This document shows positions 8,619-17,390 of a DNA stretch of 64,000 nucleotides, one piece after another. Made by a program: the position numbers and the translations under genes. Origin of the DNA: Chitinophagales bacterium. GTDB taxonomy: Bacteria > Bacteroidota > Bacteroidia > Chitinophagales > LD1. The notes beneath the pieces were generated by a model. It was not told the DNA's origin, did not search any database, and worked only from the letters and a program-made list of their open reading frames with translations. How positions within the stretch are numbered: the first letter of the stretch is position 1; every line of letters begins with the position of its first letter. The DNA is taken from contig JBGAUW010000006.1 in NCBI GenBank assembly GCA_044228435.1, positions 4,203 to 68,202 of the forward strand, written 5' to 3'.

Positions 8619-10028
8619 ATGGATTGCTTTTTAAAAAAGGTTTTAAAAACGGTGATATTTTGTATCACCGTTTTTAATTTTTGCAGCGCGCAAACCGTAA
8701 TGGTTACTTTTAATGATACTGTTGCCTTAACACCCCATACCCTTTATTTAAAAGGCTACCAAAATGGCGAATGGCTATTGCTGGATAGCGCTGCTGTAAA
8801 TGCTGATACTAAAGAGAAGATTAAACTAAACTTTGGCCCATATACAGGTAGTGGCATTATTTACTTAGATAAACAACCTTTAGATCCGCTCAATTTCATT
8901 TTAAACCCGTTAGAAAAGCCTGTAATTACTACCACCATTGCCCGCCTGCAAAAAGGTAAGGCGCAAATTGGGGGTTCTAAAGAAAATGTCTTATTCGAAA
9001 CACTGGCCCGAATGAAAATTAACTTTGATGCTGATACGCGGGAACTGTTTCGGGCTAAAAGCAAGCTTAGCCGGATAGATTCGTTGTTTTACACCCGGCT
9101 GGAAAATATCATTCATCAAATAGAGCTGCGCAAACAACTTTTCAACGATTCTGTTTCGGCACTGCAAAAAATGCAGCCCCCAACTTTTGCCACGCGCATT
9201 ACCGCCAACATTCTTAAACTGCCCAACCGGGTTGGCGCCCAAATCAAATCAACCGAAATTGACAACGTAGAGTCGTTTTTGTTCTATCACTTTTTCGACC
9301 ACATTCCATTTAACGATTCCCTGCTATCCAACCATTACGCACTAAGCAAGGTAATCGACTCCTACTTCGATTTGTATGTGAACGATGGCGACAAAACAGT
9401 ACTAAAGGCCATAGATATTTTGCTTACACGCTGCAAGCCCGAAAACAGCAACTACCCTACCCTGCTTAAAATTTGCCTGGATTATATGGCGCGGCGCAAT
9501 ATGGAATACACCGTTAAGTATATATATGATACCTATAGCGACAACTGCCTGGTAGATATTGATTTTGCCAAACATAAAGAGTTGGCCAATATTAAAAACA
9601 CACAAGTGGGGGCCACCATACCGGATGCAGCCCTTTACGACTTGCAGGGCAAAATACGCTCGCTTAAAAACGAACTAAAACAGAAAGAGTACACTATTAT
9701 ATATATATGGCTATCGGGCTGCCACGCTTGCGCAAAAAAAACACCTGAGCTTAAAAAGTTAGCCGATGGCTATGCAAAAAATCTGCAGGTGTTTGCTATA
9801 TCGCTGGATAAAGAAAAAGCTGAATGGAGCGCAGCCATTGATAAATACAACATTAAAAACTGGATAAACGTTTCGGAACTTGTAGAACTTGCCGAATCCA
9901 CAATAGCACCCAAATACAATACCCGCACCACACCCAAACTATTTTTAGTAGATAGGAACGGAGAAATAATAGCGAAGGATGTTTTTGGAGAAGATTTGAA
10001 GCAACTTTTGGATAAAACTACGAAGTAG
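8619..10028 (+). CDS. TlpA-like thiol:disulfide oxidoreductase with a large N-terminal domain
   Basis: Signal peptide. The C-terminal thioredoxin fold carries the CxxC motif IYIWLSGCHACAKK. It starts 9 nt after the preceding gene. Confidence 0.85.
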   Translation: MDCFLKKVLKTVIFCITVFNFCSAQTVMVTFNDTVALTPHTLYLKGYQNGEWLLLDSAAVNADTKEKIKLNFGPYTGSGIIYLDKQPLDPLNFILNPLEKPVITTTIARLQKGKAQIGGSKENVLFETLARMKINFDADTRELFRAKSKLSRIDSLFYTRLENIIHQIELRKQLFNDSVSALQKMQPPTFATRITANILKLPNRVGAQIKSTEIDNVESFLFYHFFDHIPFNDSLLSNHYALSKVIDSYFDLYVNDGDKTVLKAIDILLTRCKPENSNYPTLLKICLDYMARRNMEYTVKYIYDTYSDNCLVDIDFAKHKELANIKNTQVGATIPDAALYDLQGKIRSLKNELKQKEYTIIYIWLSGCHACAKKTPELKKLADGYAKNLQVFAISLDKEKAEWSAAIDKYNIKNWINVSELVELAESTIAPKYNTRTTPKLFLVDRNGEIIAKDVFGEDLKQLLDKTTK

Positions 10029-10108
10029 GAATCAAAACAGAGCTATTCAATTTTACAGCTTTAGTTCTCTCCGCTTTTAGCTAAAAAAAAACCTGCTCAT
10101 CATACACT

Positions 10109-10148
10109 AAACTACAAGGCCCCGCACACTTGCAGGGCCTTGTAGTTT
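10109..10148. terminator. bidirectional terminator between convergent genes
   Basis: 14-nt arms AAACTACAAGGCCC / GGGCCTTGTAGTTT. The hairpin has an A-run upstream and Ts inside its 3' arm. Confidence 0.7.
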
Positions 10149-10164
10149 GGCAGTAATTTAAAGG

Positions 10165-11157
10165 CTATTGAACAATCACCCGTTGCGTGAAGTTTTGCCG
10201 ATTTTGTTTATTAGTTAAACTAAGAATGTATATACCCTTTTGTACAATCGCTATGTTGTTGTAGCCCTTAGGTAAATTAGCAGAAGTAACCAACTGACCC
10301 AACGTGTTGAAAACCGATAATTGGCAATCTTCAAAGGTAGTAAAGGCAAACTGACCGGTGCTTATAGTAGCCATGCCTGCTAACGGGTTTTTAGCTTCTA
10401 TCTCATCTACCGCAGTGCTAAGGGCAAAATTAGCGTTCAGGTGCCTGGCAGCATCTACTATAAATGAGTAGGACCGGGCATTACTTACAAACTCACCATT
10501 TTCTGTCCAGTCGGTAAAAGTGTAGCCACTATTTGCTATGGCCGTTACGGTAATATTTGCTCCCCATATTGCACTTCCATCGCCTGTTGTGCTGCCGCCA
10601 TCTGCCGGAAAAGATTCGGTGGTAATGGTATAATAATCCGGGGTAAAATACCAATTGGCAACCACATTTACATTGCCCGTTACAGCAAACGAATAAAATG
10701 TATCGGTACTTGTTATTATGCCATTTACCGACCAGTTTGCAAACGTATAATTAGGGTTGGTGTGTGCTACCAGCTGTGCAGTATTACCACTATTGTAAAC
10801 CCCTGTACCGGTAGTAGTGCCGGCCTCTTCGGGATATACTGTGGCAGAAACTGTAAAAGAGTTTGGTATCTGTGCAAAATGCGCTTCTATAGTTATATCA
10901 GCTGTAACCATAGCAGTGATACCAGGTTCCATACTGATTAGCATACCATTTATGGTCCAGTAATTAAACCTATAGCCATCTGCCGCTGCGGCAGTTAGCA
11001 TAACTACCGAGCCGGAATCATAAACTCCCCCTCCATACACCTCTCCAGCCGAATCGGGGCAGGCAATGGCGGTTAATGTTACATAAGCAGACTTTGACCA
11101 GGCTTGTGTATATAAGCCAAGTAATAGAATGACAAGAATTGAAATTGATTTTTTCAT
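10165..11157 (-). CDS. T9SS type-A cargo with four divergent InlB B-repeat-like domains
   Basis: Signal peptide. Repeats of about 65 aa each contain G-Y-x-F-x-x-W (GYRFNYWT, NYTFANWS, GYTFTDWT). The C-terminal 80 aa match the Por/T9SS sorting-domain pattern (LSVFNTLGQLV...GIYILSL). Confidence 0.85.
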   Translation of the reverse strand: MKKSISILVILLLGLYTQAWSKSAYVTLTAIACPDSAGEVYGGGVYDSGSVVMLTAAAADGYRFNYWTINGMLISMEPGITAMVTADITIEAHFAQIPNSFTVSATVYPEEAGTTTGTGVYNSGNTAQLVAHTNPNYTFANWSVNGIITSTDTFYSFAVTGNVNVVANWYFTPDYYTITTESFPADGGSTTGDGSAIWGANITVTAIANSGYTFTDWTENGEFVSNARSYSFIVDAARHLNANFALSTAVDEIEAKNPLAGMATISTGQFAFTTFEDCQLSVFNTLGQLVTSANLPKGYNNIAIVQKGIYILSLTNKQNRQNFTQRVIVQ

Positions 11158-11299
11158 AGTAGTTTATTTTGAAATTTACGTGTTATACAAAGCTTTCACC
11201 GTAGCGCTTTTCAGGCACTATACGTTTTAAATTAATCTGGTTTTAATAGTTGTTATAAGTGTGTTGCACACTGTGCAGCAAGTACGCCTGTGCGTTTGC

Positions 11300-11719
11300 T
11301 TAAGCTATTTGCGCTGCCGTGCTTTCAGGCCCAATTAATAAAAGCATAATGGCAATACCGCAAAATGCAGATTCTATTACCAACCATTGATTACCAAAAT
11401 CGCCCAATGCGCCTTCGGTTAAAATGGTAATAACGCGCGATGCAGCATACATGCCCCATAGCAGGGCCAGAAACTGCAAGCCCTTTTTAGGAGCTTTAAA
11501 AGCCATATATAGTAGTGTAATAACAAGGGTGAACCCAACACCACCATACACACCGCGGATGGAGCTAAACGCGTCATTATTGTTTAACTTCACGTTTACC
11601 AGGTCCATCACCGCCTGGGGGTTACTAAAAGCCATAACGCTTACTGATAAAAAGCTTATTGCGGAAAGCATGATAAAACCGGTAGTGGCATAGCCAGCAA
11701 TCTTGTTTTTTGTTGTCAT
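11300..11719 (-). CDS. small four-helix membrane protein (DUF4345-like)
   Basis: About 139 aa counting from MTTKNKIAGYATTGF. It has four hydrophobic segments. The start was moved to the ATG at 11719. Confidence 0.6.
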   Translation of the reverse strand: MTTKNKIAGYATTGFIMLSAISFLSVSVMAFSNPQAVMDLVNVKLNNNDAFSSIRGVYGGVGFTLVITLLYMAFKAPKKGLQFLALLWGMYAASRVITILTEGALGDFGNQWLVIESAFCGIAIMLLLIGPESTAAQIA

Positions 11720-12044
11720 AATGTTTAATTTTTTGTTGATGCAAAAGTGCGCAGCTGCCCTTGCGTAAAAGTTGGTAAAAACCAAGATTTTCGGATGCCC
11801 CCTACTTCACATCTTTACTTGTATAGCAACTATATGTTAGGTGTCAAAAACCCCAAACATGGCGTTGGCTGCCAATCGATAGTTTTTAAGGCATTAAAAA
11901 ATTATCTTATTTGCCCCTGCTAATCAGCAGGCATAATTTGGCGCCAAAAGGTCGTTTTTCTTCTATAATTACTCAAAACATCCAAAAACACGCCCTAAAA
12001 GGCTTTTGTGGGTAAAATAATTTAAGCATTTTTTAGGTTTTTTC

Positions 12045-12074
12045 TTTGTTGATTAAAAACCTTTCATAAATTTG
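12045..12074 (+). promoter_or_regulatory. promoter for the PorP/SprF-family gene
   Basis: TTTG-N18-TAAATTTG, ending 30 nt before the ATG at 12105. Confidence 0.5.
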
Positions 12075-12104
12075 GTGCAGATTCACTAACCAATCTCTGA
12101 CATT

Positions 12105-13184
12105 ATGAGCGTTTCTACCTTATTCAAAAAGAGCATTTTATTTGTGGCTGTTGCAATTGCAGCCTTCCAAACACAGGCTCAGGACCTTCACTTTTCGCAA
12201 TACTATACGCACGCTTCGTGGTTAAACCCGTCTCTTGTAGGTAACTACGACGGAAGCTACCGTTTAGCGGCTATTTATCGCGACCAATGGAGCAGTGCTG
12301 TAGGCAAATCGGGCTTTCATACAGTAGGTGCCGATGTAGATTTTTGCCTATTAGAGGGTTACCTTAAAACAGATAAATTAGCTATTGGCGTTGGCTTTTT
12401 CAACGACCGTTCGGGCTCTGCCGGCTTATCTATATTAAATGCAAATATTTCAGTTGCTTACCATAAAGGCTTTGGCAGATTAGGCCAACACCGTTTAAGC
12501 ATTGGCTTACAGGGTGCTTTTATTCAAAAACGTGTTGAGAATCCTTTATTCGGAGATCAATTCCTTGGCCACAACCAAACACCTTCAAACGCTTCATCTG
12601 AAAATTTCGATCGCGGTTTTATGCAAGGCGATTTTAACGCAGGTTTATACTGGCGTTCGAACGTTAAAGATAAAGTGAAAATTGGTGTGGGCTTTGGTGC
12701 TTACCACTTAATTACTCCTAAGCAAGCGGCGGTAACTAACCAACAAACTGGCGAAACCGATAAAAAAAGCGTTCTACCACGCAAATTTAATGCAGATTTA
12801 AACGTTGAGGCTTTCTTAGGCAAAAAGAATAAAGTATCTATCTCTCCTGAAATCTTAGTTATTTACCAGGATCCATTTATGGAAATACTTCCTGGTCTTT
12901 CTGCTACTTACTACTTCAATACAGGCTTTAGAACGAACAACAGCATCAGCGCTGGTCTTCGTTTCCGCTACAGCGGTATTAAGAACGGTAACCCGGATGC
13001 AGTTATCCCTATGATCAATGCAGAGTTCCGCAATGTGCGTTTAGGCTTTGCTTACGATGTAAATATCTCTTCGCTTAAACAATCAACTACTAACCGTGGT
13101 GGCTTCGAAATTTCACTTACTTACGTAGGCGAAACCATCAAATCGTTCAAAGCAAACAAATCACTGCCTAGCCGCAGATTTTAA
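12105..13184 (+). CDS. type IX secretion system membrane protein, PorP/SprF family
   Basis: Signal peptide followed by the family-typical QDLHFSQYYTHASWLNPSLVG motif. 359 aa and beta-barrel-like. Confidence 0.88.
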   Translation: MSVSTLFKKSILFVAVAIAAFQTQAQDLHFSQYYTHASWLNPSLVGNYDGSYRLAAIYRDQWSSAVGKSGFHTVGADVDFCLLEGYLKTDKLAIGVGFFNDRSGSAGLSILNANISVAYHKGFGRLGQHRLSIGLQGAFIQKRVENPLFGDQFLGHNQTPSNASSENFDRGFMQGDFNAGLYWRSNVKDKVKIGVGFGAYHLITPKQAAVTNQQTGETDKKSVLPRKFNADLNVEAFLGKKNKVSISPEILVIYQDPFMEILPGLSATYYFNTGFRTNNSISAGLRFRYSGIKNGNPDAVIPMINAEFRNVRLGFAYDVNISSLKQSTTNRGGFEISLTYVGETIKSFKANKSLPSRRF

Positions 13185-13223
13185 TTCTTGAACTGGAATA
13201 AGTATTTGTTTCAATAAAAAATT

Positions 13224-13253
13224 AAAACCTGCATCCATGGTGCGGGTTTTTTT
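13224..13253 (+). terminator. intrinsic terminator after the PorP/SprF gene
   Basis: ACCTGCA / TGCGGGT stem (one G-U pair) followed by T7. Confidence 0.5.
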
Positions 13254-13282
13254 GAATAATAGAAAACCAAAAATTAACCCCG

Positions 13283-15613
13283 ATGAAGAAGACTTTAACT
13301 CTGACAGTTTTTGCTTTACTGGTTAGCATTACCTGCTTAACGGCACAAGAGCACCGTGTAGGCTCTAAAAACCTGAATACAGAGCTAAAAATTGGCGACA
13401 AATTTTATGCAGAGTCGTCGTTTTATACGGCAGCCGAGTTCTATAAAGATGCTGTGCGCCAGGATTCAACTAACCGCTATGGTACGTTTTGGTTAGCGAT
13501 GTCGCTATTAGGCGCGCGCGATTACGAAAATGCTGAAGTTTTCTTCCGCAAGTTTTACAGCATTAAACCAGGCGAAAAAACCAATAAGAAAAAATGGGAC
13601 GAAGAAGATGCCAAGTTATTTAATACAGGTGGCTACTACTTCGGTTCTGTATTACACCGCAACGGTAAATACGACGAGGCTATCGAATACCTGAATAAAT
13701 TCAGCAGCCGCTATACACCTAAAGACGAGAACGACAACCTTAAAAAACTTGCTGCCCTTGAAATTGCAGGTGCCGAGTTTTCTAAAACCGCCCCTAAATC
13801 GAAAGTTAAAATATTCAATGCAGGCCCCGGCGTAAATAAAGCATATGGCGAAGGTGCCCCTTTTGGCATTGGCGAAACTGAACTGTACTATCACTCTGCC
13901 AATAAGGATACTTTGGTTTTCCTAAACGGTAATACCAACAAGGATAAGGACAAAAACATTACCCGTATAATGCACAGTACCTTATCGGGTACTACCTGGT
14001 CGGCAGGCACTGCTATAGCTAATAAGGATATTAATGAAGAAGGTTTAACTGCGGCTAACGGTGCATTTAACAAAGACGGTAGCCGTTTTTACTTTACCAA
14101 ATGTACCGAAATGGATGACGACCGCTCGCTTTGTAACCTATTTGTTGCCGAAGCTAAAAACGGTTCATTCAGTAACATTACACGTTTACCAGAGCCAATT
14201 AACTCAAAAGAAAAATATACTTCTACCCAGCCTACGGTTAAAACCTCGGATGATGGAGTTGAGATTGTATACTTCGTAAGCGATAGACCAGGTGGCGCAG
14301 GTGGCCTGGATGTATGGTACTTTATGCGCACCCAAAACGGCGAATTTAAAGGCCCTAAAGTTGTAAAAGGTGGCCCTAATACAGCCGGTGACGAAAGCAC
14401 TCCTTTTTACGATGATAGCACTAAAACACTTTACTTTAGCAGTAACGGATTTCCGGGCCTTGGTGGCTTTGATGTATTTAAAACAGTTGAAGGCGCCGAT
14501 TTAAGCTGGGGCGAGGTTACACACGTTGGCTACCCGGTTAGCACTGGTGCCGATGATTTATACTACAGCAGAAGCAGCGACCAGACAAATGGTTTCTTAG
14601 CCAGCAACCGCGAAGGCAGTGCTCCTTTGAACGGAATCAAAACTGCATCAGATGATATTTTCTACTGGACTAATTTCCGCTATGCAGTTCAGGGTGTAGC
14701 CTTTAAAGAAGGTGATACCGAAGGCGGCTCGCTTAAAGGCGCTACATTTAACCTATACCGTAAGTTAGAAGATGGAACTAAGGTTTTGGTTAGCAGCGAT
14801 TCTACTCACACCGACGGATCTTATTTCTTTAAACTAAATCCTGAGACTGATTATGTAGTTGAAGTGGTTAGAGAAGGCTTTCAGCCAAAAGTTGAAAACA
14901 TAACTACCAAGGGTTTACCGGATGAAGATACTATCAACAACAATATCGTTATCCGCAAGGCTATGTATACTGTTAAGGGCCTAATTTCGGAAGAAGGCAA
15001 AGGTGCTTTAGCAGGAGCAAATGTTGAGTTAGTAGAGGTGTTCTCGAATGGTATGGAAAAGACCGCTTACTACATGAAGAGCGACCCTTACTACTACTTT
15101 GACGTAGACATGAACAAAAACTATAAAGTGGTAGTGCGCAAAGATGGTTACTTTACTAAAACCATTGATTTAAGCACTTCTAACCTTGGTACAATTGATA
15201 CTATCCGCAAAGATATTTCTATAGCTAAATTGGAACTGAACAAAACCTATACGCTTCAAAACGTATTGTATGAGTTTGGTAAATCTACCTTAACTGAAAA
15301 CTCTAAAGCTGTATTGGATAACCTTTACCAGATAATGGTAGAGAACCCGGCATTCATCATCGAGTTAAGCTCACACACTGATGCAATCGGTTCAGATGCT
15401 GCTAACATGAAGTTATCGCAGGCACGTGCCGAAAGCTGTGTAAATTACTTAGTAAGCAAGGGGGTTACCAAGGATAGAATGGTTGCCAAAGGCTACGGCG
15501 AAAGCTTGCCTAAAGTACCTAATACTACCGAAGATGGTAAAGATGACCCTGCCGGCCGCGCAATCAACCGCCGCACAGAGTTTAAAATTACAGGCTTAAA
15601 GAAAGCGCAGTAA
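13283..15613 (+). CDS. OmpA-family protein with TPR, TolB-like propeller and CarboxypepD_reg-like regions
   Basis: Signal peptide. PD40-like repeats (LYFSSNGFPGLGGFDVF). C-terminal OmpA peptidoglycan-binding domain (NVLYEFGKSTL...INRRTEFKI). Confidence 0.9.
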   Translation: MKKTLTLTVFALLVSITCLTAQEHRVGSKNLNTELKIGDKFYAESSFYTAAEFYKDAVRQDSTNRYGTFWLAMSLLGARDYENAEVFFRKFYSIKPGEKTNKKKWDEEDAKLFNTGGYYFGSVLHRNGKYDEAIEYLNKFSSRYTPKDENDNLKKLAALEIAGAEFSKTAPKSKVKIFNAGPGVNKAYGEGAPFGIGETELYYHSANKDTLVFLNGNTNKDKDKNITRIMHSTLSGTTWSAGTAIANKDINEEGLTAANGAFNKDGSRFYFTKCTEMDDDRSLCNLFVAEAKNGSFSNITRLPEPINSKEKYTSTQPTVKTSDDGVEIVYFVSDRPGGAGGLDVWYFMRTQNGEFKGPKVVKGGPNTAGDESTPFYDDSTKTLYFSSNGFPGLGGFDVFKTVEGADLSWGEVTHVGYPVSTGADDLYYSRSSDQTNGFLASNREGSAPLNGIKTASDDIFYWTNFRYAVQGVAFKEGDTEGGSLKGATFNLYRKLEDGTKVLVSSDSTHTDGSYFFKLNPETDYVVEVVREGFQPKVENITTKGLPDEDTINNNIVIRKAMYTVKGLISEEGKGALAGANVELVEVFSNGMEKTAYYMKSDPYYYFDVDMNKNYKVVVRKDGYFTKTIDLSTSNLGTIDTIRKDISIAKLELNKTYTLQNVLYEFGKSTLTENSKAVLDNLYQIMVENPAFIIELSSHTDAIGSDAANMKLSQARAESCVNYLVSKGVTKDRMVAKGYGESLPKVPNTTEDGKDDPAGRAINRRTEFKITGLKKAQ

Positions 15614-15640
15614 TTTGAACGGCAATCGTAAATAATAAAA

Positions 15641-15672
15641 GAAAAGGCTACCAATTGGTGGCCTTTTCTTTT
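15641..15672 (+). terminator. intrinsic terminator after the OmpA-family gene
   Basis: GAAAAGGCTACC / GGTGGCCTTTTC around an AATT loop, then a T-run. Confidence 0.65.
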
Positions 15673-15686
15673 ATAGCAAAAAGCAA

Positions 15687-16922
15687 ATGTGTAAAAAAGT
15701 AGCAAAGGCAATTTTAGCTGTTACCATGGGCATAGTTATTATGTTCGGCCTGATGGGTTTTGCTACCATTTTGCTGACTATAACGATGTATTTTTTAGTT
15801 TTTTACACTGGCAACAAATTGATAAGCACCTTTGTGAAGGACACAAATACTAAAACCAATTGTAAGCTACTTTTAACCACCGTATTAACAACCGCATTTG
15901 CAGGCGAACTAACACTAAAGTATCTGGCAAAGTATAACCTCTCCTATGGAGAAATTAATGGCAAAATCACTTACCGGTCGCCTTACAAACGAATGGCCGT
16001 AAAAAACATAGTAAATATGTTTAAGTATGGCCCAAACAGAGGATTTGTTTTGCATCACGATCCAAACACTACTGAAAAAATTATCAAACCCGAATTCAGC
16101 TATCAGCATCAATTTAATAGTTTGGGATTAAGAGATAGCGAACCAAAAAGCAATAGCACTTTATTTAATATAATTGAGCTTGGCGATAGCTTTACAGAGG
16201 GGGTAGGCGCGCCGGCAGATAGTACGTGGCCGGCTATTCTTCAAAGCCAACTAAGCACTAAATACCCTGGCTTAAACACCCAAAACATTAACGCTGGTGT
16301 AAGGGCGAGTGATCCTTTTTTTGAGCTTACGCTTTTAAAAGAACGCCTATTGCATTTTAATCCTAAGTTGGTAATACTTGCCCTTAACGAATCCGATATA
16401 ACTGATATTATAGCTTTGGGTGGTAAAGAACGTTATACCCACACATCGATCCTGGAAACGGAAGGCCCATGGTGGGAGTTTTTCTATTCCTTTTCTTATA
16501 TTTTTAGGGCACTTGCCAAAAGTGTTTTGCATACCGATGGCTTATTACTAACCCCTGCGCAACGTATTAGGGAAGAGAACCTGGCACTAAAAAAAATAGA
16601 GCATTGCGTACTTAACGATTATAGAAACTTAGCGGCCCAATATAATTTTAAGTTGGTGGTGGTGCTTCATCCGGTTCAACGCGAATTGGAGAACAAAGAG
16701 TTTTCACTTCAAAAACTGGCAGAAAGCTTTAGCAAAGAATCATCATTCCAAACCATCAACTTATACGAAGCTTATAGCCGCTGGCATGAAACCACCGGCA
16801 GGTCTTACAGCAGTCTTTACTGGCCGCTCGACAGGCACCACAATTCTGCCGGTTACCAACTTTGGGCAAGCATACTTGCCGAAGAACTAAAATTAGAAGA
16901 GCCTAATTTCGGTAGGTTATAG
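15687..16922 (+). CDS. membrane-anchored SGNH/GDSL-type hydrolase
   Basis: N-terminal transmembrane segments. GDS block in IIELGDSFTEGVG. The exact start is uncertain. Confidence 0.75.
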   Translation: MCKKVAKAILAVTMGIVIMFGLMGFATILLTITMYFLVFYTGNKLISTFVKDTNTKTNCKLLLTTVLTTAFAGELTLKYLAKYNLSYGEINGKITYRSPYKRMAVKNIVNMFKYGPNRGFVLHHDPNTTEKIIKPEFSYQHQFNSLGLRDSEPKSNSTLFNIIELGDSFTEGVGAPADSTWPAILQSQLSTKYPGLNTQNINAGVRASDPFFELTLLKERLLHFNPKLVILALNESDITDIIALGGKERYTHTSILETEGPWWEFFYSFSYIFRALAKSVLHTDGLLLTPAQRIREENLALKKIEHCVLNDYRNLAAQYNFKLVVVLHPVQRELENKEFSLQKLAESFSKESSFQTINLYEAYSRWHETTGRSYSSLYWPLDRHHNSAGYQLWASILAEELKLEEPNFGRL

Positions 16923-17321
16923 CTATGCTGGCTTCTCTTCTGTTTTTATAGCCTGCATAAAAACGAAAGCCCAACCCGCAATAAAAAAGAAACCGCCTAT
17001 GGGCGTTAAAGGGCCTAAAACAATGGCCGGCAGGTGTGTAATGTCGCGTGTAGCTAAAAGATAAAGCGAGCCTGAAAACAGCGCTATACCTAAAATAAAG
17101 CACCACGCCGCATTGCGTATGTGGGTAGAAGCCTCTTTGCGCAAAAACAAGGAGCACATAAACAGGGCCAGCGCATGGTATATTTGATACTGCACCCCTT
17201 TTTCCCAAATAGTAAGTTGGTACTCGTTTACCAAAGGCTTTAAGCTATGCGCGCCAAAGGCACCCAAAACAACCGCCGTAAGGCCGGCAACCGAGGCCGC
17301 TATTAAAAATCCCTTTTGCAC
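16923..17321 (-). CDS. DUF423 (YgdD-like) membrane protein
   Basis: 132 aa, four transmembrane helices, LGAFGAH motif. Its stop codon directly abuts the stop of the convergent upstream gene. Confidence 0.8.
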   Translation of the reverse strand: MQKGFLIAASVAGLTAVVLGAFGAHSLKPLVNEYQLTIWEKGVQYQIYHALALFMCSLFLRKEASTHIRNAAWCFILGIALFSGSLYLLATRDITHLPAIVLGPLTPIGGFFFIAGWAFVFMQAIKTEEKPA

Positions 17322-17390
17322 ACGTTATAGTTTATAAGTGAATGAATGGTGCGAAGTAAATGAAAATAGTTTTGCGCCAATTAACAAGGC

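Noticed and set aside
16920-16925. Convergent SGNH-hydrolase and DUF423 genes abut stop-to-stop with no spacer and no terminator
   Set aside because: This is a real observation but common in compact genomes, and it points to nothing specific.
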